A stretch of 64,000 nt of DNA, from positions 140 to 64,139 of the forward strand of contig ONSQ01000011.1 of NCBI GenBank assembly GCA_900320465.1. Direction: 5' to 3'. The position numbers and the translations under genes are program-made. Below the pieces are notes generated by a model. That model did no database searches. It was given only the letters and a program-made list of their open reading frames with translations, and had not been told where the DNA came from. Position 1 is the stretch's first letter, and each line of letters opens with the position of its first letter. This DNA comes from an uncultured Eubacteriales bacterium (GTDB lineage Bacteria > Bacillota > Clostridia > Oscillospirales > Oscillospiraceae). This document shows positions 46,513 to 56,718 of the stretch, piece by piece.

Positions 46513-47301
46513 TTAACAATAATAAATAAAAGTATCCTGACGGCTTCGAAAGAAGGATGCGCCGATCAGAAGGGCCAGTACGCCGGAGAGCGCGCAGGCG
46601 GCAAACTGCCCGGGGCCGGGCGTGCGGTGAAACAGCATGATCGTCCTGGCAAAGGATATGAAGTGATAAAGCGGATTGAGCTTCATCAGAGCGATCAGAC
46701 GGGGACTGCCGATGCTGTTCAGATCATACATGATGGGCGTGAGATAGGTCCAGATCGTCAGAATGATCCCATATATATAAAAGAGATCGCGCAACAGTAC
46801 GGCGGCAGCACTCAGAGCCAGACCCATGCCCAGCGTAAAGAGCAGCAGACAGAGATAATCATAGGGCAGCAGCAAATGCTGCCAGCAAAGCCCCGTGCCG
46901 GTCAGCAGAATGACGGCATAGAGCGGCAGCAGCGTCAGCAGAAAATTGATCCCCACAAAAAGACATTTGGACAGGGGGAAAATATACTTGGGCAGGTATA
47001 CCTTATTGAGCAGGGAGAAGTTGGCCACTACGCTGCTCATGGAGAGATTGGAGGCCTCGGAATAATAGTTGAAGAGCGTGAGGCCGATCATGAGATAGCT
47101 CAGATAGCTGACGCCGGGAGCGGAGAAACGAAAGACATTGCGAAAAACCAGCGCCATCACGCACATCATCAGGACGGGATAGAGAAGGCTCCAGAGCATG
47201 CCCAGCGCGGAGCGTTTGTACTTGACCTTGAAATCCCGCTTGATGAGTTCGAAGAGAAGAAAACGGTATTTCCGCCAGGAGAGAATAAGACGGGCCGTCA
47301 T
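46513..47301 (-). CDS. ABC-2-type polysaccharide export permease (TagG/Wzm-like)
   Basis: 262 aa starting LIKRDFKVKYKRSALGMLWSLLYPVLMM, with six hydrophobic spans. Confidence 0.85.
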   Translation of the reverse strand: MTARLILSWRKYRFLLFELIKRDFKVKYKRSALGMLWSLLYPVLMMCVMALVFRNVFRFSAPGVSYLSYLMIGLTLFNYYSEASNLSMSSVVANFSLLNKVYLPKYIFPLSKCLFVGINFLLTLLPLYAVILLTGTGLCWQHLLLPYDYLCLLLFTLGMGLALSAAAVLLRDLFYIYGIILTIWTYLTPIMYDLNSIGSPRLIALMKLNPLYHFISFARTIMLFHRTPGPGQFAACALSGVLALLIGASFFRSRQDTFIYYC

Positions 47302-48428
47302 GAGGCGGCCTCGGCAGAGGGGAAGGAATGAAGGATCGCGCGCACGATGCGCTCGCTGGCGTGACCGTCCCCATAGGGGGAGACGGCGCGGGCCATGCGC
47401 AGACGCTCGGTCTCATTCGAGAGCAGCAGCGAGGCGGAGCGGAAGATCCCCTCCTCCTCCGTGCCCGCCAGACGCACGCAGCCCGCGCGCAGCCCTTCCG
47501 GGCGCTCGGTCTCGGAGCGCAGGACCAGAACAGGCACGCCCAAGGCCGGGGCCTCCTCCTGAAGTCCGCCGGAGTCCGTCAGAACAAGCGTACAGCGCGC
47601 CATCAGATTGTGCATGTCCGGCATGTCCAGGGGCTCGGTCAGAATCACGCCGGGACAGTCCCGGAGAAGGGGAAGCACCACCCGGCGTACGGCGGGGTTC
47701 GGATGCAGGGGGCAGATCACGCGGATATCGCCAAAGGTCTCTGTGAGCCGCCGGACAGCGCGGCAGACGGCGGCAAGAGCGTAAGGGATATTTTCCCGGC
47801 GGTGGGCAGTCAAGAGCACACAGCGGTGGGAAAACAGCTCACCGGAGCGCAGGGCGTCGCAGGAAAACACATGATCGGGCCGAACCGTCGCGGAGAGCGC
47901 GTCAATGACCGTGTTGCCGGTGACAAAGACATTTTGCGTAATGCCCTCGGCCAGGAGATTGGCTTTGCTGTCAGCAGTGGGGGCAAAGTGATAGCTGGCC
48001 AGAACGCCCGTCAGACGGCGGTTCATCTCCTCGGGAAAAGGCGAATAGCGGTCATGGGAACGAAGACCCGCCTCCACATGCCCCACCGGGATGTGGCGGT
48101 AGAAGGCCGCCAGGGCCGCGGCACAGGATGTGGAGGTGTCGCCGTGGACCAGAACGAGATCCGGCACCGAGCGGGCCAGCACCTCCCCAACACCGGACAG
48201 TACGGCGCAGAAGATGTCGCTGAGAGACTGATCCGGCCGCATCAGCGACAGATCGTAATCCGCCCGGACGCCGAAAAGCTCGGTCACGCTGTGGAGCAGC
48301 TCGCGGTGCTGGCCCGTCAGACATACCTCGCTTCGTATGCCCCGGGTGCGCTCCAGCGAGAGCACCAGCGGACACATCTTGATGGCCTCGGGCCGGGTGC
48401 CGAATACCGATAATACTTTCACATGCAA
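47298..48428 (-). CDS. wecB: UDP-N-acetylglucosamine 2-epimerase (non-hydrolysing)
   Basis: 376 aa. VLSVFGTRPEAIKMCPLV, LVHGDTSTS and LTDSGGLQEEAPALGVPVLVLR. Confidence 0.92.
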   Translation of the reverse strand: MHVKVLSVFGTRPEAIKMCPLVLSLERTRGIRSEVCLTGQHRELLHSVTELFGVRADYDLSLMRPDQSLSDIFCAVLSGVGEVLARSVPDLVLVHGDTSTSCAAALAAFYRHIPVGHVEAGLRSHDRYSPFPEEMNRRLTGVLASYHFAPTADSKANLLAEGITQNVFVTGNTVIDALSATVRPDHVFSCDALRSGELFSHRCVLLTAHRRENIPYALAAVCRAVRRLTETFGDIRVICPLHPNPAVRRVVLPLLRDCPGVILTEPLDMPDMHNLMARCTLVLTDSGGLQEEAPALGVPVLVLRSETERPEGLRAGCVRLAGTEEEGIFRSASLLLSNETERLRMARAVSPYGDGHASERIVRAILHSFPSAEAAS

Positions 48429-48494
48429 GGACTCCTCAATTATGAGTTGATTCCGTCGGAGCCAGGCGCTGGCCGCGGTGCGCCGGTTCTGACA

Positions 48495-48529
48495 ACAAAA
48501 AAGATACGGGGAGATTGTCCCCGTATCTG
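48495..48529 (-). terminator. Rho-independent terminator after galE
   Basis: The minus strand reads agatacgggg-(loop)-ccccgtatct followed by tttttgttg. Confidence 0.85.
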
Positions 48530-48554
48530 CGGAAAAGTATTCGGCTTTGGTGAA

Positions 48555-49571
48555 TTATTCGGCGTAGCCCATGGGATTTTTCGACTGCCAAGCCCAGGTG
48601 TCGCGGCACATGTCGTCCAGATTGTACTGTGCCTTCCAGCCGAGGAGCTGGGCGCTCTTGTCCGGGCTGGAGTACACGGTGGCCAGGTCGCCGGGGCGGC
48701 GCGGCGCGATCTCGTACGGGATCTTAACGCCGGTCACCCGCTCAAAGGCCTTGACCATGTCCAGCACACTGTAGCCCTGGCCGGTGCCCAGGTTGAAGAC
48801 ATTCTCGCCGCGGTGGGTCTGCATATACTCAATGGCGGCCACATGCCCGCGGGCCAGGTCCACCACATGGATGTAATCGCGCACGCCCGTGCCGTCCGGC
48901 GTGTTGTAGTCGTTGCCGAACACGTTCAGATGATCGCGGCGGCCGACGGCCACCTGGGCAATAAAGGGCATCAGATTGTTGGGGATGCCGCGCGGGTCCT
49001 CGCCGATGAGACCGCTGCTGTGAGCGCCGATGGGGTTGAAGTAGCGCAGCAGACTGACGGAGAAGTCCTCTACCGCGTGGGCGGTGTCGCGCAGAATCTG
49101 TTCGGACATGTACTTGGTCCAGCCGTAAGGGTTCGTGCAGTGGCCGGTGTTGGAGGTCTCGCGCAGGGGCATCTCGTTGTCACCGGAATAGACCGTGGCC
49201 GAGGAGGAGAACACGATGTTCTTCACGCCGTGATCCCGCATCGCCTCGCACAGACGGACGGTGGAGAAAAGATTGTTATCGTAATACTCCAGCGGCATGG
49301 CGACCGATTCGCCCACCGCCTTGAGACCGGCAAAGTGGATCGCGCAGTCGATGCTGTGCTTTTCAAAAATGCGGTCGAGAGCTGCACGGTCACGCACATC
49401 GTTTTCGTAAAAGGCGATGTGCTTGCCCGTGATCTGCTCCACACGCTCGATGGCTTTGGGGCTGGAATTGACCAGGTTGTCGATGACCACCACGTCGTGG
49501 CCGCGCTCCAACAACTCAACACAGGTGTGGCTGCCGATATAGCCGGCACCGCCGGTAACAAGAACTTGCAT
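48555..49571 (-). CDS. galE: UDP-glucose 4-epimerase
   Basis: 338 aa. VLVTGGAGYIGSH, the YGWTKYMSEQ catalytic YxxxK, and extended-SDR length. Confidence 0.95.
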   Translation of the reverse strand: MQVLVTGGAGYIGSHTCVELLERGHDVVVIDNLVNSSPKAIERVEQITGKHIAFYENDVRDRAALDRIFEKHSIDCAIHFAGLKAVGESVAMPLEYYDNNLFSTVRLCEAMRDHGVKNIVFSSSATVYSGDNEMPLRETSNTGHCTNPYGWTKYMSEQILRDTAHAVEDFSVSLLRYFNPIGAHSSGLIGEDPRGIPNNLMPFIAQVAVGRRDHLNVFGNDYNTPDGTGVRDYIHVVDLARGHVAAIEYMQTHRGENVFNLGTGQGYSVLDMVKAFERVTGVKIPYEIAPRRPGDLATVYSSPDKSAQLLGWKAQYNLDDMCRDTWAWQSKNPMGYAE

Positions 49572-49585
49572 ATGATGCTTCCTCC

Positions 49586-50494
49586 TCAGTCAAGTAAAGT
49601 TTCGGGATAAACGCCCTGGGCGCGCAGCGCGGCAATGGCGCGGATCACGTTGGGCAGGTCTTCCTGGTAGGTGATGCCGTACCAGGTCTCGGTGCAGGGC
49701 AGTACGCGCACGCTGGCCAGCTTTTCCTGGATCAGCTCATTGGCCACAAAGGGCAGAAAATACTCGGCCTTGAGCGGGTTCGCGCTGACGTTCTGTTCGT
49801 ACCAGGCGGGGAAACGGGCAACAAGCTCGTCGAGCATCTGTCGGCCGAAGGCCCAGCAGTTCATGCTGACCGGGCTGTCGCCGGACAGAGGAATGAAATG
49901 CTCGCCGTCCTCGGTGTAGGCCGCGTCGTCGCCGCGCTTTTCAATATGCGTGCGCTCCACCACGTCGGTCAGATAGCCGTCCTCCACCTGGCAGATGCCG
50001 CGGGCTACGGAGCCGTTCTCCGTCACAGTGTTGCGCAGGAGATAGGCGATCATGGCGTGATCGTTCTCGGGCCGGTCGGCGCTGAGACTGTCGTACAGGG
50101 CGGAAAAGGCGCTTTGACCATAGAAATCATCGGCGTTGATCACGGCGAAGGGGCCGTCGACCACATCAGCACAGCAGGCCACGGCGTGGCCGGTGCCCCA
50201 GGGCTTGACGCGGCCTTCGGGGATCGTGAGGCCGGCGGGGAGACGGTCGAGCTGCTGGTAGACGTATTTGACGTCGAAGTACTTCTCCATACGAAGGCCG
50301 ATGGCGGCCTTGAAGTCCTCTTCAATTTCGTGCTTGATGACGAAAACCACCTTGCGAAAACCAGCGCGATACGCGTCAAAAAGGGAAAAGTCGATGATCG
50401 CGTGGCCGTGGTCGTCCACGGCTTTGATCTGCTTGAGACCGCCGAAGCGGCTGCCCATACCGGCGGAAAGAATGACTAGAGTCGGTTGCTGCAT
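49586..50494 (-). CDS. Sugar-phosphate nucleotidyltransferase (NTP-transferase fold)
   Basis: 302 aa. LVILSAGMGSRFGGLKQ is the G-x-G-[ST]-R motif of the nucleotidyltransferase fold. Lies upstream of galE. Confidence 0.7.
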   Translation of the reverse strand: MQQPTLVILSAGMGSRFGGLKQIKAVDDHGHAIIDFSLFDAYRAGFRKVVFVIKHEIEEDFKAAIGLRMEKYFDVKYVYQQLDRLPAGLTIPEGRVKPWGTGHAVACCADVVDGPFAVINADDFYGQSAFSALYDSLSADRPENDHAMIAYLLRNTVTENGSVARGICQVEDGYLTDVVERTHIEKRGDDAAYTEDGEHFIPLSGDSPVSMNCWAFGRQMLDELVARFPAWYEQNVSANPLKAEYFLPFVANELIQEKLASVRVLPCTETWYGITYQEDLPNVIRAIAALRAQGVYPETLLD

Positions 50495-50515
50495 GAGCTT
50501 GCGTTCCTTCTTTCT

Positions 50516-51127
50516 TTACAGTTTCATGGCCTCGCGGCAATAATAATTGAACATACGCTCGCGCTCGAGCGTGCTGGAATCCATGTGTCCGGGGTAGACT
50601 TCAAAGTCTCCCTCCAGGGAACAGATGCGCTTGAGGGAGAGCATCTCCTTTTGGGCGTCGCCGCCGTCCAGATCGACCCGGCCGCAGCTGCCGCGGAAGA
50701 GCGTGTCGCCTGTGAAAAGGGCGTTTTCACAGCGGATGGTCACGCCGCCCGGCGTGTGGCCGGGCGTGGCGATGATTTCAAAGCGAAGGCCGGCCTCGTC
50801 GATCAGATCGCCGTCGTCATAGTTGACGCCGCCGGCAGGCAGGGCGTAGGGAAAATGATAGGATTTCATGGTCCGCGCATCGTCGCGAGCGTTCATGTAG
50901 ACGGTGGCGCCGGTCTCCTCGGCCACCGCGTCCGCGGCGCCCACATGGTCGTAGTGACCGTGGGTGATCATGACGGCGCGGCAGGTCAGATGGTTGCTTT
51001 CCAGATAATCGAGGATGGTATTGCTTTCGTCACCGGGGTCGATGACCACGCACTCGAGCGTGCGTTCATTTGTAACGATATAGCAGTTTTCCTCCAGCTG
51101 GCCGACGGGGATAGTTTTGATCAGCAT
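50516..51127 (-). CDS. MBL-fold metallo-hydrolase
   Basis: 203 aa. ITHGHYDHVGA (HxHxDH) and TPGHTPGG. Confidence 0.85.
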   Translation of the reverse strand: MLIKTIPVGQLEENCYIVTNERTLECVVIDPGDESNTILDYLESNHLTCRAVMITHGHYDHVGAADAVAEETGATVYMNARDDARTMKSYHFPYALPAGGVNYDDGDLIDEAGLRFEIIATPGHTPGGVTIRCENALFTGDTLFRGSCGRVDLDGGDAQKEMLSLKRICSLEGDFEVYPGHMDSSTLERERMFNYYCREAMKL

Positions 51128-51130
51128 GCC

Positions 51131-51574
51131 TCAGAGCTCCTTTGTATCGAGAATGATCGTGATGGGACCGTCGTTGACCGAGGAGACGAACATCTCCGCG
51201 CCGAAACGGCCGGTCTCCACATGGAAGCCGCGGGAACGGCACTCGCTGATGACCAGCTCGTAGAGGGGGATGGCCTTCTCGGGGCGGGCGGCGTGGGAAA
51301 AGCCGGGACGGCGGGAACGGCAGTCCGCAAAGAGAGTGAACTGGCTGATGATCAGTATGCCGGCCTCGGCAGGGTCTGGAGCCAGGTTCATTTTGCCGGC
51401 CGCGTCTTCAAAAATACGCAGGCCGCAGATTTTGTCGGCAATCTTTTTCGCCTCGGCCTCGGTGTCGTCCTCGTGCACGCCGAGAAGCACCAGAAAGCCT
51501 TTTCCGATCTGTCCGGTGATCGCTCCGTCGATTTCCACGGAGGCGGACAGAACGCGCGTCAATACAGCTCTCAT
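51131..51574 (-). CDS. dtd: D-aminoacyl-tRNA deacylase
   Basis: 147 aa. IGKGFLVLLGV, ISQFTL and SSVNDGPITIILD (compare the NDGPVT motif). Confidence 0.95.
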   Translation of the reverse strand: MRAVLTRVLSASVEIDGAITGQIGKGFLVLLGVHEDDTEAEAKKIADKICGLRIFEDAAGKMNLAPDPAEAGILIISQFTLFADCRSRRPGFSHAARPEKAIPLYELVISECRSRGFHVETGRFGAEMFVSSVNDGPITIILDTKEL

Positions 51575-51586
51575 ACGGGATCCTTT

Positions 51587-53839
51587 CTAGTTTCCGTTGC
51601 GCACGACCTGGGACACGCCCGGGATCGAGGCAAGACGGTTCATGACATATCGCAGCTCGGCCAGGTTGCGGGCCTCAAGCGAAACGGTGGTGATCGCCGT
51701 GCCGGCGTTGTCGCGCGCCGTCAGCGTGCGGACCTTGGCGTTGAGCGAATTGAGCACGGTGGCGATGTCCATGACAAGGCCGGAGCGGTCCTTGGCGATG
51801 ATGGTGATGCTGGTGACATAGGTGTCGGAAATATGCGCGGCCCAGGAGACGTCGATCCAGCGGCCCTCGTTCTCGGGACTGGCCAGACTGCTGCGATAGT
51901 TGTCACAGTCGCGGCGATGGATCGAGACGCCCTGGCCCCGGGTGATGAAGCCGACGATGTCGTCTCCGGGCACAGGGGTGCAGCAGCGGGAGAACTTGAC
52001 AAGGCAGTTGTCCAGCCCGGCCACCAGCACGCCGTGGATGGGCTTGCCGGTCTGGCGGGCGGCCTGCTGCTCGCGCCGCTCGGCGGCCTCGGTCAGCTTG
52101 TCGACGGTGGTCTTCTTGTCAGGCTTCTGGACCCGGGCGAATTCGTCCTTGAGCCGGTTGGCCGCACGGGTGGCCGTGAGTCCGCCGTAGCCGATGGCGG
52201 CAAAGAGATCGTCCACATTGGAATAGGACAGGCGCTTGAGAATCGGGGACATGACCGCATCGTCCAGCACGTCGTCAAGCGTCAGGCCGTTGTGGCGCAG
52301 CTCGTCATCCAGCATTTCACGGCCGCGGATCACATTTTCCTCGCGCCGCTCGCGCTTGTACCACTGCTTGATCTTGGTGCGGGCGCTGCCGCTCTTGGCG
52401 ATGTTGAGCCAGTCACGACTGGGGCCGGGGGCCGACTTGGAGGTGCGGATCTCGACAATATCGCCGTTCTGGAGTACATAGTCAAAGGTGACGATACGGC
52501 CGTTGACGCTGGCAGAGACCATATGATTGCCCACATCGGAGTGGATCATATAGGCAAAGTCGATGGGCGTGGCGCCGGCGGGGAGGTTGATGACATCTCC
52601 CTTGGGGGAGAAGACAAAGACCTCGTCGGCAAACATGTCGATCTTCAGGTTGTGGAAAAAGTCCTGGGCGTCGGATTCCTGCTGGCTTTCCAACAGGCGG
52701 CGGACCCAGGCGAAGCGGTCCTCATCGCCGGTGCGCAGTACGGCGCTGCTGTCGCCCATTTTATACTTCCAGTGGGCGGCGATGCCGTACTCGGCGGTGT
52801 GGTGCATCTCCCAGGTGCGGATCTGCACCTCAAAGGGGATGCCCTCGCTGCCGATGACGGTGGTGTGGACGCTTTGGTACATGTTGGGCTTGGGCGTGGA
52901 GATGTAATCCTTGAAGCGGCCGGGCACGGGTTTGAACATATCATGGATCACGCCCAGAACGTTATAGCAGTCCGGGATCGTGTCCACGATCACGCGGAAG
53001 GCGCAGAGATCGAAAATGCCGTTGATGTCCAGCTTCTGGGAGTACATCTTGCGATATATGCTGTAGACGTGCTTGATGCGGCTGTAAACCGTGGCCTGGA
53101 TGCCCTCCTCGGCCAGCCGGTCCTGGATCTTCTTGTCCATGGCGGACATGAAGGCTTCCAACTCGGGCATCTTGCTGTCCAGCCATTTGGTGATCTCCCG
53201 ATAGCCGGCGGGGTCAAGGTATTGGAGCGAGAGGTCCTCCAACTCCCATTTGACGCGCTGGATACCGAGACGGTGGGCGATAGGCGCGTAGATCTCCATG
53301 GTTTCCAGCGATTTTGAGCGCTGCTTTTCCGCAGACTGGTAGGCCATGGTGCGCATGTTGTGAAGCCGGTCGGCGATCTTGATGAGAATGACCCGGATAT
53401 CCTTGGCCATGGCCATGAGCATCTTGCGGATATTCTCCATCTGTTCGTCCTCGACGCTGGTATACTGGACGCGGGTCAGCTTGGTGACGCCTTCGACGAT
53501 ATCCGCTACGGCGGGGCCGAAGGAGCGGGCAATATCCGTGTGGGTCAGCGCGGTATCCTCGATCACGTCATGCAGCAGGGCGGCGACGATGGAATCCTCG
53601 TCCAGGCCCATGTCCACGGTGATGTCCGCGGCGCTGACGCAATGGGTCACATAGGGAGAGCAGCCGTCCTTGCGCATCTGGCCGGCATGGGCGCTGCGCG
53701 CCATTTCGTAGGCGGCGCGTACCCGGTCCAGGTCCACATTGTGACAGTTGCGCTGGATCTTTTCCTCCAGATCGGCAAACATCTTGTCAGGGTCAAGCGG
53801 AACGGCAGCGGGTTTTCTTTTTTCTTCTTCCTTCTCCAT
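51587..53839 (-). CDS. relA: Bifunctional (p)ppGpp synthetase/hydrolase RelA/SpoT (Rel)
   Basis: 750 aa. HD hydrolase (LLHDVIEDT), synthetase (YSIYRKM, ..GYQSVHTTV-like MYQSVHTTV), TGS, and a C-terminal ACT. Confidence 0.95.
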   Translation of the reverse strand: MEKEEEKRKPAAVPLDPDKMFADLEEKIQRNCHNVDLDRVRAAYEMARSAHAGQMRKDGCSPYVTHCVSAADITVDMGLDEDSIVAALLHDVIEDTALTHTDIARSFGPAVADIVEGVTKLTRVQYTSVEDEQMENIRKMLMAMAKDIRVILIKIADRLHNMRTMAYQSAEKQRSKSLETMEIYAPIAHRLGIQRVKWELEDLSLQYLDPAGYREITKWLDSKMPELEAFMSAMDKKIQDRLAEEGIQATVYSRIKHVYSIYRKMYSQKLDINGIFDLCAFRVIVDTIPDCYNVLGVIHDMFKPVPGRFKDYISTPKPNMYQSVHTTVIGSEGIPFEVQIRTWEMHHTAEYGIAAHWKYKMGDSSAVLRTGDEDRFAWVRRLLESQQESDAQDFFHNLKIDMFADEVFVFSPKGDVINLPAGATPIDFAYMIHSDVGNHMVSASVNGRIVTFDYVLQNGDIVEIRTSKSAPGPSRDWLNIAKSGSARTKIKQWYKRERREENVIRGREMLDDELRHNGLTLDDVLDDAVMSPILKRLSYSNVDDLFAAIGYGGLTATRAANRLKDEFARVQKPDKKTTVDKLTEAAERREQQAARQTGKPIHGVLVAGLDNCLVKFSRCCTPVPGDDIVGFITRGQGVSIHRRDCDNYRSSLASPENEGRWIDVSWAAHISDTYVTSITIIAKDRSGLVMDIATVLNSLNAKVRTLTARDNAGTAITTVSLEARNLAELRYVMNRLASIPGVSQVVRNGN

Positions 53840-53849
53840 ATCAATACCC

Positions 53850-55865
53850 TCAGTACGATTTCAGTTCCCGGATGATCTCCGTGGCCTCCAGATCAGCCTT
53901 GCCGTCGATCCGGGCGGCGCAGCCGCCGTAAATGCTGCCCTCGGGGGAGGACAGGAGCCCCACTTCCTGCAGAACGGCAAGACAGAGAGCGTATTTCTCC
54001 GCCTCCATCCCAGGAGGGGCCAGGGACAGAATGGCGCGGGCTGTGTCGGGCAGGACAAAGCCGGGCTGCTGGATCTGGTGCCAGACGCGGATAAAATCGC
54101 CGCGCTCCGGACAGTAGGGAGAGGCGGCCCAGAGGACCCCGCGATCGCCGTCCAGAAGGCGACGGCAAAGGTCCAGCGGGTCGTGGCGGCGCATGGCGCT
54201 GATCATCAGCTGGACGGAAACATGGCCGTGGTATTCGTTGATCTGGGGCGTGAAGGCGATGTCCACGCTCTCGCCGCTGTGGAGATCCAGTTCACGCTCG
54301 TTGTGGGAGAAAAAGATCCCCTCGAAGCTCTCCCGTCCCAGACGGGCGCGCAGGCGGAAGTGTTTGCCGCCGCCCACATCGCCGGCACTTTCCAGCCGGA
54401 CGCCGCTCAGACACATGGTGGGCCTGGGATTGGCGTTGCCGTAAGGCTCCAGCGCATCCAGGGAGCGGACGTTGTCTATACTCAGAAGCGAGGGATCGAG
54501 GATCAGCAGATCCGCCTGTACCTCGGGAACGGGAGCGGGCTTGTTGTCCCGGTAAAAGCGCGCCAGGGCGGCGCGGAAATCGTCCAGCTTGTCGCTGCGG
54601 ATGTTCAGACCAGCGGCCAGCGCGTGGCCGCCGAAGCCGATCAGATGTTCGCTGCAGGCGCTGAGCGCGTCAAACAGGTTGAAGCCGCCGTAGCTGCGGC
54701 AGGATCCCTTTCCCACCTCGCCGTTGAGGCAGACGATGATGGCGGGGAGAGAATATTGCTCGGCCAGGCGCGAGGCGGCGATGCCGATGACGCCCTGGTG
54801 CCATTTGTCGCTGGCCAGGACGATGGGGGCGTCCGGCGGCGAGGCAGACAGGATCGTGTTGGCCTCGTCCCAGATCGCGGTTTCGATGCTCTGGCGCTTG
54901 CGGTTAAGCTCGCACAGCTCCACGGCAAGGGAGGTGGCCTCCACACTGTCGGCGGTCATGAGGAGCCGCGCAGCCACAGAGGGACAGCCCAGACGCCCGG
55001 CGGCGTTGAGCCGCGGCGCCAGGGAAAAGCCGATGGAGGAGGCGGTCAGCCGACGAGCGTCCATCGAAGACTCGCGCAGCATGGCGGCAATGCCGGGCCG
55101 CGGGGCGCGCATGATCTTATCCAGACCGCGCCGGACCAGATAGCGGTTTTCGCCCACCAGCGGCATGACGTCCGCCACGGTGCCGATGGCAGCCAGGTCA
55201 CAATAGCGCTCGATCATCTCGGAGGTGTTGTCCTCGCAGGCGCAGACCAGCTTGAGGGCCACGCCAACGCCGGCCAGATAATGGTTCGGATACACCTCGT
55301 CCGGCCGCTTGCAATCCACCACCGCCACGGCGTCGGGCAAATCGCCGTCTCCGCACTCGTGGTGGTCGGTGATGATCATATCGATCCCCAGAGAGGCGGC
55401 GTGGCGGGCTTCCTCCACGCCGGTGATGCCGCAGTCCACCGTGATGATCAGCTGGACACCCTGCTGATTCAGCGTATCCACTGCGCCTACGTTCAGGCCG
55501 TAGCCCTCCTCGTTGCGGTCGGGAATATAGGGCACACAGTCAAGACCCTTGGAACGCAGATAGTCTGTCAACAGGCAGGTGGAGGTGATGCCGTCCACGT
55601 CGTAGTCGCCGTAAACGGCGACCTTTTCATGCCTCTCCACGGCACGGTGAACACGCGCCACAGCCTGGGGCATCTCGCGCAGCAGCATAGGGTCGTGCAG
55701 CTGCTCTTCTCCGCCGTGCAGCAGCGCATCCATCTGCTCGCGGCTCGTAACGCCGCGCAGCGCCAGTACGGAGGCCAGCAGCGGCGTACAGCCGCAGCGG
55801 AGCAGCTCGTCCGGGATCGGGGGCCGCTCATAGGGGATTTTCCATTCCTTTTGATTCATAAGCAA
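53850..55865 (-). CDS. recJ: Single-stranded-DNA-specific exonuclease RecJ
   Basis: 671 aa. DHH motifs (VAVYGDYDVDGITS, ITVDCGI, IITDHH) and DHHA1 (GFGGHALAAG). Confidence 0.9.
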   Translation of the reverse strand: MLMNQKEWKIPYERPPIPDELLRCGCTPLLASVLALRGVTSREQMDALLHGGEEQLHDPMLLREMPQAVARVHRAVERHEKVAVYGDYDVDGITSTCLLTDYLRSKGLDCVPYIPDRNEEGYGLNVGAVDTLNQQGVQLIITVDCGITGVEEARHAASLGIDMIITDHHECGDGDLPDAVAVVDCKRPDEVYPNHYLAGVGVALKLVCACEDNTSEMIERYCDLAAIGTVADVMPLVGENRYLVRRGLDKIMRAPRPGIAAMLRESSMDARRLTASSIGFSLAPRLNAAGRLGCPSVAARLLMTADSVEATSLAVELCELNRKRQSIETAIWDEANTILSASPPDAPIVLASDKWHQGVIGIAASRLAEQYSLPAIIVCLNGEVGKGSCRSYGGFNLFDALSACSEHLIGFGGHALAAGLNIRSDKLDDFRAALARFYRDNKPAPVPEVQADLLILDPSLLSIDNVRSLDALEPYGNANPRPTMCLSGVRLESAGDVGGGKHFRLRARLGRESFEGIFFSHNERELDLHSGESVDIAFTPQINEYHGHVSVQLMISAMRRHDPLDLCRRLLDGDRGVLWAASPYCPERGDFIRVWHQIQQPGFVLPDTARAILSLAPPGMEAEKYALCLAVLQEVGLLSSPEGSIYGGCAARIDGKADLEATEIIRELKSY

Positions 55866-55961
55866 ATACTTACCTTATTTCTATTAATAACTTATCATAG
55901 CAAAATTTGCCGGATAATTCAATAGCAATAGTCAAAACCCGGTGGAATAGCCTGCAATAGC

Positions 55962-56008
55962 CATAAAAAATCGCCCCGAAGGGACGCGAAAAACAGGGAA
56001 GAGCCCTG
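55962..56008 (-). terminator. Tandem hairpin terminators after the LOG-family gene
   Basis: The minus strand reads cagggctcttccctg + ttttt, then cgtccc-ttcg-ggggcg + attttttat. Confidence 0.65.
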
Positions 56009-56037
56009 CCTCGCACACCCCTTCGGAGCAACGGGAG

Positions 56038-56613
56038 TTATTTGCCGTATTGGGAAATGCCGCGCGCCTCCTCCACCGCGGGGAGCTGCAGCAGCGGCAG
56101 GACCTCAACGGGCTCTTCGCAGAAACGGAGCAGCGTGCGGCAGGCCTCGGCGGTGAAGCCCTTGTCGATGGAGGCCCAAAGCAAGGCGCGCAGCTCTTCG
56201 TAATAGCCGCAGGTGTTGAGAATTACGATGGGCTTGCTGTGGCGGCCCAGAAGACAGAGGGTCAGGGTTTCGAAAAACTCCTCCAGCGTGCCGACACCGC
56301 CGGGCAGGACGACGAAGGCGTCGGCGAGATCCTCCATGAGCGTTTTGCGCTGCGCCATCGTGTCGGTGAAAAGAAAGCTTCCCGCTTCCTTGAAGAGCAC
56401 GTCGCCCTCGTCAAAAAAGCGCGGCGCAACGCCGGTGATATCGCCGCCCAGGGCAAGAACGCCGGAGGCACACGCGCCCATCAGACCGCCGCGGCCTCCG
56501 CCGTAAACGAGCGAATGGCCGGCGCGGGCAAGCTCTTCACCCAAGGTGCGGGCGGCCTCATAATAGGCGGGGGCAAGACTGTCGCTGGATGCGCCGAAAA
56601 CACATATTTTCAT
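56038..56613 (-). CDS. LOG-family (TIGR00730) nucleotide phosphoribohydrolase-like protein
   Basis: 191 aa. VYGGGRGGLMG and the PGGVGTLEEFFE signature. Confidence 0.85.
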   Translation of the reverse strand: MKICVFGASSDSLAPAYYEAARTLGEELARAGHSLVYGGGRGGLMGACASGVLALGGDITGVAPRFFDEGDVLFKEAGSFLFTDTMAQRKTLMEDLADAFVVLPGGVGTLEEFFETLTLCLLGRHSKPIVILNTCGYYEELRALLWASIDKGFTAEACRTLLRFCEEPVEVLPLLQLPAVEEARGISQYGK

Positions 56614-56718
56614 TACGATTTCCTCCCGGAGTATTTTCCATATTGTATCGCGCGCGGAGGCAGGGTGTCAACTCCGCCGACGGTATGGAGATGGGGGATC
56701 GACAAACAGAAAAAATGC

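Noticed and set aside
50486-55925. Very long plus-strand ORFs (943 aa at 50486-53317; 725 aa at 53748-55925)
   Set aside because: They are antisense to MBL/dtd/relA and recJ, all of which carry unmistakable family motifs. The plus-strand translations are Gly/Ala/Asp/Val-rich with no recognisable domains.
55866-55960. Recurring AATAGC hexamers (caatagcaatagtc…gaatagcc…caatagcc) upstream of recJ
   Set aside because: These are short, AT-rich, irregularly spaced and lie within a promoter-type region. There is too little information to distinguish them from chance.
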